From an uncultured Duodenibacillus sp. (GTDB lineage: Bacteria; Pseudomonadota; Gammaproteobacteria; Burkholderiales; Burkholderiaceae_F), in the NCBI GenBank assembly GCA_944390745.1, contig CALXQK010000012.1:343-64342 (forward strand): DNA of 64,000 nucleotides, given 5' to 3'. Shown here one piece after another: positions 34,064 to 43,590 of the stretch. Every line of letters starts with the position of its first letter. Position 1 is the first letter of the stretch. The notes under the pieces were generated by a model. That model was not told where the DNA came from, searched no databases, and saw nothing but the letters and a program-made list of their open reading frames with translations. The position numbers were made by a program, and so were the translations under genes.

Positions 34064-34987
34064 TCAGTTTTCGGAGCCGTGCCCGCCGCAATGGCAGTGC
34101 CCGTGGCCGTGGCCGCGGCCGTGTCCATGACCGCCGCAGCCGCAGCCGCCGTCGCCGGCGTGCGCATCCTCGTGCCCGCGGCTGCCGCAGGCGTCTTCAT
34201 GCCCGCCGCAGCAGCCCTCGTCCGAAGCCCCGTGATGATGCCCGCAGCAGCCGGAGGCCGCCGAGGCGTCAACGGGCTTGAGCGCTCCGGCGATGAGTGC
34301 TTCCACCGCCGCGTCAGCCGATCCTGCTGCGCCGGCATAAAGGCGGATGCCCGCCTGCGCAAGCGCGGCCGCGGCCCCGCCTCCAATGCCGCCGCAGATG
34401 ACGGCGTCCACATTGTTCTTGACAAGCAGGTTGACCATGGCGGCATGTCCGTGGCCGCTTGCAGGGACAACCTCGGACGATGCAGCCGCGCCGTCAGCAA
34501 TCGTGTAAATCTTCATGGCCGGAGCCTTGCCGAAATGACCGAAGACCTGGTCTTCAAAAAAAGGAACGGCAACCTTCATGATGCAGCCTCCCAAGGCGTT
34601 CAAATCCAATGACCCGCGGGCGCCCGTCCTTTGACGGCAACACCCGGGGCACCTGCAGCCGGCCTCGGATTCCTGCCGCGTACAGACCCGGTAGCGGCCG
34701 CCCTCGATGACGAGCTCGCGCCCGTTGACGATCGCATCGGCAATCTTGAAGCGCGCCCGCTCGTAGATCTCGGTGGCCGTCGTGCGCGAGATCTGCATGC
34801 GGGCGGCGCATTCCTCGTGCGAACGCTTGAGCAGGTCCACGATGCGCACCGCCTCATATTCATCGACAAAGAGGACGACGCGCCCGGACGGCGCAGCCTG
34901 CGGGCCTGGGGCGCCGCCGGCAAGCGGACCAAATCGTGAGAAAAGCGGCTCGGCACAAACGCGGCGGCAGCGGGAGGGTCTGGGCAT
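34064..34987 (-). CDS. DUF134 (UPF0251) DNA-binding-like domain fused in frame to a NifX/NifB-type (dinitrogenase Fe-Mo cofactor family) domain with a Cys/His/Gly-rich tail
   Basis: 'MPRPSRCRRVCAEPLFSRFGP...VLFVDEYEAVRIVD...ISRTTATEIYERARFKIADAIV' is DUF134. 'MKVAVPFFEDQVFGHFGKAP...VDAVICGGIGGGA' is NifX_NifB-like. The tail is 'CCGHHHG...GHGHGRGHGHGHCHCGGHG'. An internal GGAGG lies 7 nt before the ATG at 34579. Confidence 0.65.
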   Translation of the reverse strand: MPRPSRCRRVCAEPLFSRFGPLAGGAPGPQAAPSGRVVLFVDEYEAVRIVDLLKRSHEECAARMQISRTTATEIYERARFKIADAIVNGRELVIEGGRYRVCTRQESEAGCRCPGCCRQRTGARGSLDLNALGGCIMKVAVPFFEDQVFGHFGKAPAMKIYTIADGAAASSEVVPASGHGHAAMVNLLVKNNVDAVICGGIGGGAAAALAQAGIRLYAGAAGSADAAVEALIAGALKPVDASAASGCCGHHHGASDEGCCGGHEDACGSRGHEDAHAGDGGCGCGGHGHGRGHGHGHCHCGGHGSEN

Positions 34988-35210
34988 GGCAGAAGAAACG
35001 ATTCCGACAAATGACGGATTCAATCTTAGGACGAAAAATCCCCGCACGCAAGCCCCGTCAGGGGACCGACGCAGGAAAATCCTCTCAAGACCGGCCGCAG
35101 AAGCTCGCCCGGGGCCTCACGCGCGCATCACGCGGGCGCGCGGCGACTGTTGCGCCGCCGCGGCAAAAGGAGTCCTCAGCCCGCAGGGGCCGGGAATGCG
35201 CAGGATGCGC

Positions 35211-35399
35211 CTAGCGCACGCCGGAGGCGGCCCCGGCCTGTGGCGCCTCGTGCTGCATGAGCTCGGCGGCCTTTTCCATCTTCTGCGCCGACGTGCTCTG
35301 GTCATAGGCCGTGGGCTCGGCGTACCAGCTGACAAAGGCGCCCAGGAGGAGCGCCAGAACAATGACGGCCTCAAAGCCGAAGTGAAAGCGGATGGTCAT
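35211..35399 (-). CDS. Hypothetical small membrane protein
   Basis: 62-aa ORF with one hydrophobic helix ('FEAVIVLALLLGAFVSWY'). AAGGA lies about 9 nt upstream of the ATG. No homology recognised. Confidence 0.3.
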   Translation of the reverse strand: MTIRFHFGFEAVIVLALLLGAFVSWYAEPTAYDQSTSAQKMEKAAELMQHEAPQAGAASGVR

Positions 35400-35832
35400 T
35401 TTTTCTTTTCCTTATTGATGAGAAGCCGCTGTCAAAACCCGCCCAAAACCGTTCAAGGCCTTGAAAAAAAAGCGCCGACGGCTTTGCGAAGGCCTGAAGG
35501 CAGGGGCCTGTGCCGAAGGCACTTCAGGCTTCGAAAAGAGGTTCGGACAAGGGCGTCGACCAGTCCAAAATGTTTGATTGTCCAAAGTCTAGCAGAGGTT
35601 TCCAAAAAGTTTGAAGAGCAAAATTCCGAATTTACCCTTAGGTCCCTGCACGTATTCCCTGCGCAACATCAAAATCCGTCAGAGAATTTGAATTTGCCCA
35701 TAAAAATCAAGCCTTCGATACAATTTCATCCGGCACACGGAGCGCCATGAGGGAGAATCCACCCTCCCGGCCATCCGGCTTATCCAGCGCCGTCCCAACG
35801 ACCCCGACCCGCCTTATCCAGCCCCTGCCGCC

Positions 35833-36747
35833 ATGCACATCACGCTTCGACAACTGCAGGTTTTTCTTGCCGTCCACGAGGCGCGCAATCTCTCCAGGGC
35901 CGCCGCCCGGCTTTGCGTGACGGCAAGCGCCGCAAGCCAGTCGCTGCGCGAGCTCGAGCGCGCGCTTGACGCCGAGCTCTTCACCCGCACGGCCGCGGGT
36001 CTGGCGCCGACGCCCGCGGGCGCATCGCTCGTTCCCCAGGCAACGCTTGTCGTCAAGAAGGCCCAGGAAATTGAAACGCTCTTTGCCGCGCAGAAGGCGG
36101 GGCTTGCCGGGCGTCTGGCGGTGGGCGCCAACCGCGCCAGCGGCATCTACATCCTTTCGCGGCGCCTGCCCGCGTTCAAGACCCGGCACCCGGGCGTTGA
36201 TCCCGTGCTCATCATCGAGGACAACGACGTGGTCGAGCGCGGCGTTCTTGAAAACCGCTTCGACGTGGGCTTTGTCAGCCGCCCACCCCTTGATGCCGCC
36301 CTTGAGTCCTTTGCCTGCTTTCGCGACGACTTCGTGATTGTCGCGAGCCCCTCGAGTCCGCTCATCGCCATGGACGCCTCGGCCGAGGACTTCAGCATGG
36401 CGACCTGGATCATGGATCAGGAGAAAAACGTGCGCGAGGCCGCGCTGCGCTGGCTCCAGGACCAGGGCATCACCGTCTCGCGCATGCTGTTGATGAACAC
36501 CATGGGCGCGCTCAAGCGCGCCGCGGCGACCGGTCCGGGCGTCGCCGTGCTCCCCTACCTGTCGGTTCGCGAGGAGATTCTGCGCGGCGATCTTGTGGAG
36601 CTGAGAAAGGACGTCAATCCCGACCGCACGGCCGAGTCCGCGCGCCGGATCTACGCCATCTACCGGCCCAACCACGGCCGGCCCCTGCGCGAGCTCTTCT
36701 TCAGGGAGTGCGGCATCCGGCCGCTTGACGCCGGCTGCGCCCCATAG
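35833..36747 (+). CDS. LysR-family transcriptional regulator
   Basis: HTH 'LSRAAARLCVTASAASQSLRELERALDAELFTRTAAGLAPT' plus a LysR-type effector domain. It is convergent with the end of the sulfite-reductase locus. Confidence 0.85.
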   Translation: MHITLRQLQVFLAVHEARNLSRAAARLCVTASAASQSLRELERALDAELFTRTAAGLAPTPAGASLVPQATLVVKKAQEIETLFAAQKAGLAGRLAVGANRASGIYILSRRLPAFKTRHPGVDPVLIIEDNDVVERGVLENRFDVGFVSRPPLDAALESFACFRDDFVIVASPSSPLIAMDASAEDFSMATWIMDQEKNVREAALRWLQDQGITVSRMLLMNTMGALKRAAATGPGVAVLPYLSVREEILRGDLVELRKDVNPDRTAESARRIYAIYRPNHGRPLRELFFRECGIRPLDAGCAP

Positions 36748-36785
36748 AAAAAGCCCCGCGGGCAGAGTCACTGCATCCGCGGGGC
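36747..36785 (-). terminator. Rho-independent terminator at the end of the mcc/sir-like operon
   Basis: 9-bp GC stem GCCCCGCGG (36753-36761) / CCGCGGGGC (36777-36785). On the minus strand it is followed by TTTTTC. It lies 26 nt after the stop of the last gene. Confidence 0.55.
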
Positions 36786-36810
36786 CGGGATCCTCGGCCG
36801 GAGCGACGCG

Positions 36811-37434
36811 CTACTTGCGCACGGCGTACTTGGCGGCCAGCGCCTCAAGATAGGCGGGCACCTTTTCATCAGACCAGTCCACGAAGCCGCGCACGAACCC
36901 CACGAGGTTGCCCTTGCCGTCGAGCACGAAGACGCTCGGCACGACGTCAAGCGGCGCGTCATCGCCAATCTTCTGCTCAGGGTCGATCAGGGTGCTGAAG
37001 CCCTCGAGGTTGTAGCGCTTGATGAAGTCCTCGACGTCGCTCTTTTTCTGATCCACCGAGACCGACACCACGCGAATGGGGCTCTCAGGCTTGTTGTAGC
37101 GCTCCTGCAGCTTCTTGATCATCGGCAGCGACCGGATGCATGGCTCGCACCACGAGGCCCAGACGTCAATCAGCACGAGCTTGTCCTTGAAGCCGTTCAA
37201 GGCGTACTTCCCGCCCTTGAGATCCTCGAGCTCGGCCGTGGAGAAGCCGCGCGCGTTTCTGAGCTCAATAAAGGTGCGCAGCACCCCGGGCTTGCCCGCG
37301 ACGGGCTCGCCGTTGGCGTAGAGCTTGTGCTGAAAGCCCGGCAGCTCATTGACGTCCAGGGCGAGCGCCGGAGCGCTCGCGGCCATCTGCAGGCCGAGCG
37401 CCAGGGCAAGGGCAAGCATCCATTTCTTCATCAT
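36811..37434 (-). CDS. TlpA/ResA/CcmG-like periplasmic thiol:disulfide oxidoreductase
   Basis: Signal peptide 'MMKKWMLALALALGLQMAASAPALA' and the thioredoxin motif 'WASWCEPC'. Its ATG overlaps the upstream stop (ATGA). Confidence 0.8.
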   Translation of the reverse strand: MMKKWMLALALALGLQMAASAPALALDVNELPGFQHKLYANGEPVAGKPGVLRTFIELRNARGFSTAELEDLKGGKYALNGFKDKLVLIDVWASWCEPCIRSLPMIKKLQERYNKPESPIRVVSVSVDQKKSDVEDFIKRYNLEGFSTLIDPEQKIGDDAPLDVVPSVFVLDGKGNLVGFVRGFVDWSDEKVPAYLEALAAKYAVRK

Positions 37435-37877
37435 CAGTCTCCTCGTTTATTGTTGGATTGTTCACTGCCCGCCTGCGGGCGAAGGCGCCAGCGGCGCCAC
37501 AAAAAGAATGCCGCCGCCGCGGCTGCAAGCCACGGCGCCGCCCAGAGCAGCGCCGTGCCGCTGTTGAGATCGGGCTCGTAGCGGATCATTTCGCCGTAGC
37601 GCGCCACCATGCCGTCGAAGATCTCCTCGCGGGTCTTTCCCGCGCGCAGCTCTTCATAAATGCGCGCCTTGAGCTCGGAGGCAACGGCGCTCTCCGAGTC
37701 AAAGAGCGTGTAGTTGGCCGAGGCCGGATCGCGCAGCAGCTTGGAAATTGCAATGGCCTCCTCGTTGAGCGCCTGGCCCTGAAGGGGCGCGCGGGTCTCG
37801 GCGGCAGCCGCGCCCGCCGCCGTCGCCAGCACGAGGACCGCGGCGCAAAGCGCCGCCATGCATCGGATCTTCATCAT
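37434..37877 (-). CDS. CcmH/NrfF-like cytochrome c maturation protein lacking the CXXC motif
   Basis: 'SELKARIYEELRAGKTREEIFDGMVARYGEMIRYEPDL..TALLWAAPWL' matches the CcmH/NrfF core and C-terminal TM. Where LRCxxCQ is expected, the sequence reads 'LLRDPASANYTLFDSES'. Confidence 0.7.
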   Translation of the reverse strand: MMKIRCMAALCAAVLVLATAAGAAAAETRAPLQGQALNEEAIAISKLLRDPASANYTLFDSESAVASELKARIYEELRAGKTREEIFDGMVARYGEMIRYEPDLNSGTALLWAAPWLAAAAAAFFLWRRWRLRPQAGSEQSNNKRGD

Positions 37878-39796
37878 GCCTTCTCCCCAGGTTTTGCGCA
37901 ATCGGCCCGGGCGCCTCGCCGCACCCGCACGAGAACAAGCGCGCCGGCAAGCATCATGAAGAGCGCCCCGGCCCAGATCCAGCTCGCAAGGGGCTTGACG
38001 CTCAGCCGCACCAGCCATTCCGTCTTCGAGAGCTGATTGCCCATGGAGACGTAGTAGTCGCGCAGGAATCCATGTCCGATGCCTGCAGCCGACATCTGCA
38101 TGCCGCTTGCGACAAAGGTCTGGCGCATCGGCTGCAGCGTCGTCAGCAGGCTCTCGTCTCCGGCGCGCAGCACCTCGATGTAGGCCGCCTCGCCGAAATA
38201 GCTGCGGGTGTTGACCGGGTAGAAGCCCCGGTTGACGAAGACCACCCCGGCCAGGGGCCGTCCCGCCCCCGCATCCATGCGAACAAGCGCCTCGGACTCG
38301 TACTGCGAAACTCCAATTGCTCCGGCCATCGTCACGGCGATGCCCAGGTGCGCGATGACCGCCGCGCAGCCCAGGCGCCGGGCGCCGGGCAGAAGGCCTG
38401 CGAGCGTGGTCAGCACCAGCCACAGGGCCGAGGCCGAGGCCGCAAAGGTCATCACGTGCGAACGGGGGTCCGTGAGAAGCGCCGCGGCCGCGCCGAGCGC
38501 CAGGCTGGCGGCCGCGCAGACAAGCGCGGCTGCGGGCCTGCCCGTGCGCAGCGCCTGCGTCAGGCCGATGAGCACCGCGGCGGCAATGGCCATCGGCGCA
38601 AAGAACTGGTTGAAGTAAGGCGCCCCAACCGTGAGGCTGCGCCCGGCAATGAGCTCATAAAAAAGCGGATAAACGGTTCCGAACAGCACCGCTGCGCAGG
38701 CCGCGACCGTTAGAAAGACGCCTGCCGTAAGCAGCATGTCCTCGCGCGAGAGCGCCGTCTCGGTCTCAGCGCAGCACTCCTGCACGCGCAGCGCATAGAG
38801 CGCGAACGCGGGCAGAAGGATGATGACTGAAACGGCAAGAAGCGCCGCACCGCGGCTTGGATCCGAGGCAAAGGCGTGCACCGACTGCATCATGCCCGAG
38901 CGCACGATGAAGGTGCCCAGCAGACAGCACGCAAAGCACGCCAGCGCCAGCGCCACCGACAGGCGCTTGAGCTGCCCGCGGCGGCGCGCAAGGATGAGCG
39001 CATGCAGCAGCGCGCTCACCCCGAGCCACGGGATGAAGGAGGCGTTTTCCACCGGATCCCAGAACCACCAGCCGCCCCAGCCGAGCTCCGTATAGGCCCA
39101 CCAGGAGCCGAGCGCGTTGCCCGCCGTCAGAAAGATCCAGGTCGTCACCGAGGAGATGAACATGAAGCGCACGGGCGTGCGGCTCCATCGTCTTGACCAG
39201 AGCAGGGCGCAGGCCGCGGCAAAGCACAGCGCCAGCCCCGCGTATCCCATGAAGAGCACCGGCGGGTGCAGGATCATGCCCACATCCTGCAAAATGGGAT
39301 TGAGGTCGCGCCCCTCGACGGGCACAAGCGGCAGATTGCGCGCAAACGGGTTGGAGGTGGTGACGAGAAAGAGCCCCAGAAGGCCGGTCACGGCCAGCAT
39401 CACCGACTGCAGCCGCGCCATGAAGAGCGCGTCCCCGTCCGGCTCCTCCCGCAGGCGCACAAGGCCTGCGGCCGCCGCCCAGAGCGCGATCAGGAGCACC
39501 CACAGCAGCATCGAGCCCTCATGGCCGCCCCAGAAGGCGGCAAACTTGTAGACCGCCTCAAGCCCCGTGTTGGAGTTGTCGGCAACGTAGGCCACCGAAA
39601 AGTCGTCGGTGAGAAACGCGTGCCAGAGTATCGCCGAGCTCGCCAGAACCGCCGCGGCGGCAAAGCGTCCCGCCGGACGCCAGAGCCCGGTGAGAAAGGC
39701 GTTTTCCTGCCGGATGCCCCAGGCCGAGGCAGCAGCCGCGGCAATCGAGACCACGCAGGCAAGGATCAATAGAAAAAGTCCGAGTTCAGCCAGCAA
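37874..39796 (-). CDS. CcmF/NrfE-family haem lyase (System I)
   Basis: 640-aa polytopic ORF. WWD motif 'WGGWWFWDPVENASFIPWL' and conserved His-containing loops. Confidence 0.85.
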   Translation of the reverse strand: MLAELGLFLLILACVVSIAAAAASAWGIRQENAFLTGLWRPAGRFAAAAVLASSAILWHAFLTDDFSVAYVADNSNTGLEAVYKFAAFWGGHEGSMLLWVLLIALWAAAAGLVRLREEPDGDALFMARLQSVMLAVTGLLGLFLVTTSNPFARNLPLVPVEGRDLNPILQDVGMILHPPVLFMGYAGLALCFAAACALLWSRRWSRTPVRFMFISSVTTWIFLTAGNALGSWWAYTELGWGGWWFWDPVENASFIPWLGVSALLHALILARRRGQLKRLSVALALACFACCLLGTFIVRSGMMQSVHAFASDPSRGAALLAVSVIILLPAFALYALRVQECCAETETALSREDMLLTAGVFLTVAACAAVLFGTVYPLFYELIAGRSLTVGAPYFNQFFAPMAIAAAVLIGLTQALRTGRPAAALVCAAASLALGAAAALLTDPRSHVMTFAASASALWLVLTTLAGLLPGARRLGCAAVIAHLGIAVTMAGAIGVSQYESEALVRMDAGAGRPLAGVVFVNRGFYPVNTRSYFGEAAYIEVLRAGDESLLTTLQPMRQTFVASGMQMSAAGIGHGFLRDYYVSMGNQLSKTEWLVRLSVKPLASWIWAGALFMMLAGALVLVRVRRGARADCAKPGEKA

Positions 39797-39823
39797 GATT
39801 CAAGCTTCCTATCTTTCGCCTTC

Positions 39824-40627
39824 CTAGAGGCGCCGCCGGTTGAGCGCAAGGCGGCACAGCGCAAAAAGAACGACGATCCAGCCCAGAAGAATTCCGCACA
39901 AAAGCCCCGTCTGCGGGCGCGCCAGCGCAGCCGCGTCGGCCGCCCCCATCTGGTTGATCAGCCGAAAGACGCTTGCCGGATTGGCCAGCATCATCGCTGA
40001 GAGCGTGCTGCGCCCGAAATAGTCGGCGCCCGCCACGCTCACCACCAGAAGCGCGAGATCATAGAGAAGCACCATCACAAACCAGATGACGAGAAGCGCC
40101 GCCAGCGCCTGCGCCTTGTGCCGCACCGTCAGGCTCACCCAGTAGGACGCGAGCATGAACACAAGCGCCAGAAGCCACCCCGTGGCGGCAAGCCTTGCCA
40201 GCGCCGCCAGAAGCTCGCCCATGCCGTAGGGTACCGCAAGAAAGAGCTGCACCACGGGCAGCGCCGCAAACCCGAGCGCGAGAACGAGCGCAAGCGCCGC
40301 GGCCTGCCCGAGCGCCTTGCCCAGAAGCCACTGCGTGCGCGTGAGCGGATAGGTGAGCATCAAAAGAAGCGTTCCCGACTCCGCCTCGCCCACAAACGCG
40401 TCGTAGCACAGCATCAGCACCAGCAGCGGGAGCACGAACACGGTAAGGCTCAGAAGCGAATTCATCACCGTCGCAAGCGGCTGGTAGGCCAGCGTGCCGC
40501 CGATGGCGGCCGTGCCGAAGAACACCGCAAGCGAGAGGATGGCGAAGATGGCGCTGCCTGAAAAAAGCCACCGGCTGCGGATGCAGTCCATGAATTCCTT
40601 CTGCGCCACGATCAGGATTTCGCGCAT
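39824..40627 (-). CDS. nosY: ABC-2 type permease, NosY-like
   Basis: 267-aa ORF with 6 TM segments. N-terminal 'MREILIVAQKEFMDCIRSRW'. It lies immediately downstream of the NosF-like ATPase. Confidence 0.7.
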   Translation of the reverse strand: MREILIVAQKEFMDCIRSRWLFSGSAIFAILSLAVFFGTAAIGGTLAYQPLATVMNSLLSLTVFVLPLLVLMLCYDAFVGEAESGTLLLMLTYPLTRTQWLLGKALGQAAALALVLALGFAALPVVQLFLAVPYGMGELLAALARLAATGWLLALVFMLASYWVSLTVRHKAQALAALLVIWFVMVLLYDLALLVVSVAGADYFGRSTLSAMMLANPASVFRLINQMGAADAAALARPQTGLLCGILLGWIVVLFALCRLALNRRRL

Positions 40628-40628
40628 G

Positions 40629-41564
40629 TCAGCACCCCTCCGCGTGGTCCGGCGCCGAGAACAGTCCGCGCTCGCCCATCACAAAATATCCGAAGATGTC
40701 CGCCAGGCCCGCCTTCTGCACCTCAAAGTCAAAGAGTCCGCACTCGCGCGTGAGCGTCGCAACGACGTCCTCAAGCTCGCCGGGCGCGACGACGAGCGCC
40801 TCGCCCGAAAGCCGCGCGAGCAGCTTCGGGTGCGTCCTGAGCTTTTCGGCATCCAGGTGCGTGATGCACACGGCCAGCCCCGCGGCCGCGCGCAGCTCCT
40901 CGAGCGTTCCGGCCCCGGCAAGCCTGCCGTGGGAGATGACCGCGGCGTTGTCGAGGTAGTGCTCGACAAGCGAGAGCTCATGGGTGCAGACCACGACGCT
41001 GCAGCCCGAGTCGCGAAGCCTTGAAAGCTCGCGGTACATCAATAGCGAGGCCGCCGGATCGAGCCCCACCGTGGGCTCGTCAAGGATCAGAAGCTCGGGG
41101 CTTGTGAGCAGCGCCTGCGCAAGGCCCAGTCTCTGGCGCTGTCCCTTGGAGCACTGCCCGAGCTTGCTGCGCATGACCTCGCCCAGGCCCAGCCCCTCGG
41201 CAAGCGCCATGGCGCGCGCCTGGTCCACACGCTTGAGCGCGGCAAAGTACTTGAGGTGCGCGCGCACCGTCATCTGGTCGTAGAAGCTCACGTTCTCAGG
41301 AAGGTAGCCCACCTTCAGGGGCGAGGCCCCCGGGGCGGCGCCAAGCACCGAGATCGTGCCCGAGGCCGGCGCAAGAAGTCCCAGCGCGAGCTTCAGAAGC
41401 GTCGACTTGCCCGCGCCGTTGTGGCCGATGAGCGCCGTCATCGTCCCGGCGGGAAGCGACAGATTGATGTTTTCGAGAATCGTTCGGCGCCCGCGCCGAA
41501 AGCAAAGGTCCCGGCAGGCGATGGAGGACGGCCGGCTCGCCGCGTCTGTCAATTGCTGCATCAT
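40629..41564 (-). CDS. nosF: ABC transporter ATP-binding protein, NosF-like
   Basis: Walker A 'GHNGAGKST', signature 'CSKGQRQRL', Walker B 'LLILDEPT'. It sits between the NosD-like and NosY-like genes. Confidence 0.85.
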   Translation of the reverse strand: MMQQLTDAASRPSSIACRDLCFRRGRRTILENINLSLPAGTMTALIGHNGAGKSTLLKLALGLLAPASGTISVLGAAPGASPLKVGYLPENVSFYDQMTVRAHLKYFAALKRVDQARAMALAEGLGLGEVMRSKLGQCSKGQRQRLGLAQALLTSPELLILDEPTVGLDPAASLLMYRELSRLRDSGCSVVVCTHELSLVEHYLDNAAVISHGRLAGAGTLEELRAAAGLAVCITHLDAEKLRTHPKLLARLSGEALVVAPGELEDVVATLTRECGLFDFEVQKAGLADIFGYFVMGERGLFSAPDHAEGC

Positions 41565-41580
41565 GACGGATTCCTTCTTC

Positions 41581-42918
41581 CTAGTCCCGGCGCGCCCCGG
41601 CGACCTCGACCGGCCGCATCAGGGGATGACTGTCGGTGACGCCCTTGCCGCGGTCGATTTCAAACTGCTGCGCGAGCCAGCGCAGCAGCACCACCACGGG
41701 GCTGTCCATCAGAAACCGCGCCTCGGGATAAATCCAGAAGATCCTGTCGAGGCTGTCGTTGGGCTGATAGGGCTTGTCGGCCACGCCGTCGCCGTTGAAG
41801 TCCCAGGCCATGAAGGTGCTCCAGAAGTTGCCGCGCCCGTTGCTGCTCCACTCCAGAGGCGTGCGGCCCACGTAGCGCACCTGCGTCTTGTTGTCGATGA
41901 AGGTGTTTTCGCTGAGCACGTTGCCCTCGCCGCCGAGCGCCACGCCCACGCCCACATCGGCCGAGGCAAACCAGTTGCGCACCACGGTGTTGGCCCCGGG
42001 GCCGTAGATGAAGAGCCCCTTGCCCTCGTTGTCGAGCGCCGCACGGCCGCGCGGGTTGTGCACGCCCTCGATGCGGTTGCCCCTGACGGTGCAGCCGTCG
42101 CAGACGTTGAGCAAAATGCCGAACTCGACGCACTTGCGCGCTGTGTTGTTCTCAAAGTGGATGCGCTCGGAGCTCATCAGCGCAAAGCCTCCGATGACGC
42201 CGGCTGAGACATTGTCCCAGGCGCTGTCGCCCCGGGTATACATCCAGTGAATGCCGTACTGCGCGCCGGTAAAGAAGTTTCCGCGGCTCACGCTCTGCTC
42301 GACGTTTTCAAAGTAAAAGCCGTCGCGCACGTTGCGCGCGCTGTTGCCGGTGAGAACAGGCCTCTTGACGTAGTTGAGAAACACCCCGTCGCCGCGGTCG
42401 AGCACGTGCATGCGCCGCACGCCCTCAATCGTGCAGTCCTCGATGCGAATCCCCTCGAGGCGGTCGGCGCGGATTCCAAAGCCCGGTCCCTTGAGCACCA
42501 TGCGCCGGATGACGACGTTGTCGGCGCCGTCGGTGACGCGCACGCCCGCGTCGCGCTCGTAGAGGTTGCCGCCGTAGTTGGCCGCCGTGATGTGCTCGAC
42601 CACGGCGCCGGGCACGCGCACAGTGATGGCGCTGCCGCGGCCCGAGGCATCAATCACCGCGGCGCGGGAAACGTCCGTCGCCGCCTTCGGATCCTGCAGC
42701 TCCGGCCCCCGGAGGGTGATGGCCGCGCGCACCACAAGGCGCGTCTGGTACAGCCCCGGGGCCAGCTCGATGACGTCGCCCGGCTGCGCCTGCTCGACAA
42801 TGCGCGCGACGTCGTCGGCGGGCGTGACGCGCACGTGCGCGGCCTGCGCGACCCCGGCCGCAAGGCCGAGCGCCAGAAGCCCCTCAAGAAAAAGCGCCGG
42901 CAGCCGCAGGTGCATCAC
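41581..42918 (-). CDS. nosD: NosD-like periplasmic parallel beta-helix (CASH repeat) protein
   Basis: Signal peptide, then repeated beta-helix units ('GIRIEDCTIEG', 'GVFLNYV', 'GFYFENV', 'YGIHWMYT', 'FGILLNVCDGCTVRGNRIEG'), then 'FWIYPE...RWLAQQF' at the C-terminus. Confidence 0.8.
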   Translation of the reverse strand: MMHLRLPALFLEGLLALGLAAGVAQAAHVRVTPADDVARIVEQAQPGDVIELAPGLYQTRLVVRAAITLRGPELQDPKAATDVSRAAVIDASGRGSAITVRVPGAVVEHITAANYGGNLYERDAGVRVTDGADNVVIRRMVLKGPGFGIRADRLEGIRIEDCTIEGVRRMHVLDRGDGVFLNYVKRPVLTGNSARNVRDGFYFENVEQSVSRGNFFTGAQYGIHWMYTRGDSAWDNVSAGVIGGFALMSSERIHFENNTARKCVEFGILLNVCDGCTVRGNRIEGVHNPRGRAALDNEGKGLFIYGPGANTVVRNWFASADVGVGVALGGEGNVLSENTFIDNKTQVRYVGRTPLEWSSNGRGNFWSTFMAWDFNGDGVADKPYQPNDSLDRIFWIYPEARFLMDSPVVVLLRWLAQQFEIDRGKGVTDSHPLMRPVEVAGARRD

Positions 42919-43415
42919 TGCTCCAGAAGCTTGAGCGTGACGTCGGCATAGCCAAAGAGCGCCCCGCCCTCGCGGGCGATGAAGTCGCGCGCGGCCTGCT
43001 CGGTGCCGAAGCCCGCGGGCTCGTTGCCCATCACGCCCGGCACCCGGTGCCCGTAGACGTAGTGCAGCTGCCGCGCGTCGGCAAAGGCCTTGTCGTCGGG
43101 CTTCTTCCAGTCGGTGCGCGCCAGGTCATGGATGAAGAAGCCCTCAAGCCTGCGGGCGTTCTCGGGCTGCAGCGCGAAGGTGAAGGCGTCGCGCCCCGAG
43201 CAGAACTTCAGGGGCTCGGGCACGTCCTTGATGAAGATCTCGGCCTTGGGACCCTCGTAGTGCACGATCACCATGCCGCACAGATGGCAGCGGTCGTGGC
43301 TGCCCACCGGCACGGGGGCGTGCGCGGCGGTCTGATCAGCCTCCTGCCCGCAGCCCGCAAGCGCGAGCGTGAGCGCTGCAAGGGCGGCCTGCGCCGCCAG
43401 AGTCCAGGGTCTCAC
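42915..43415 (-). CDS. nosL: NosL-family copper chaperone lipoprotein (paralogue 2)
   Basis: I prefer the GTG at 43415, with GGGAG 8 nt upstream. Lipobox 'LALAGC'. Motif 'DRCHLCGMVIV'. The C-terminal 'GVMGNEPAGFGTEQAARDFIAREGG' is typical of NosL. Confidence 0.7.
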   Translation of the reverse strand: MRPWTLAAQAALAALTLALAGCGQEADQTAAHAPVPVGSHDRCHLCGMVIVHYEGPKAEIFIKDVPEPLKFCSGRDAFTFALQPENARRLEGFFIHDLARTDWKKPDDKAFADARQLHYVYGHRVPGVMGNEPAGFGTEQAARDFIAREGGALFGYADVTLKLLEQ

Positions 43416-43590
43416 TTTAACCAGTCTCCCTTTTTTGCGTCCTTGTACACCGGCCCTGAAAACGTGCGCCGCCCTGCAGAAGCTGCAGCGCGGCGCGCCT
43501 TGAGGCCTTCTCTGACGGATTGTCGCCCGACCCGCACGCATGAATCAAGTCCCGCGCGGGCATGCGCAGGGGCCGGGACGGCCTTGATGA

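Noticed and set aside
39824-43415. I considered whether nosDFYL marks a nitrous-oxide reductase (nos) cluster.
   Set aside because: No NosZ-like ORF (Tat-exported beta-propeller/cupredoxin protein of about 640-760 aa) and no nosR/nosX are present. The genes are embedded in the MccA-type operon instead.
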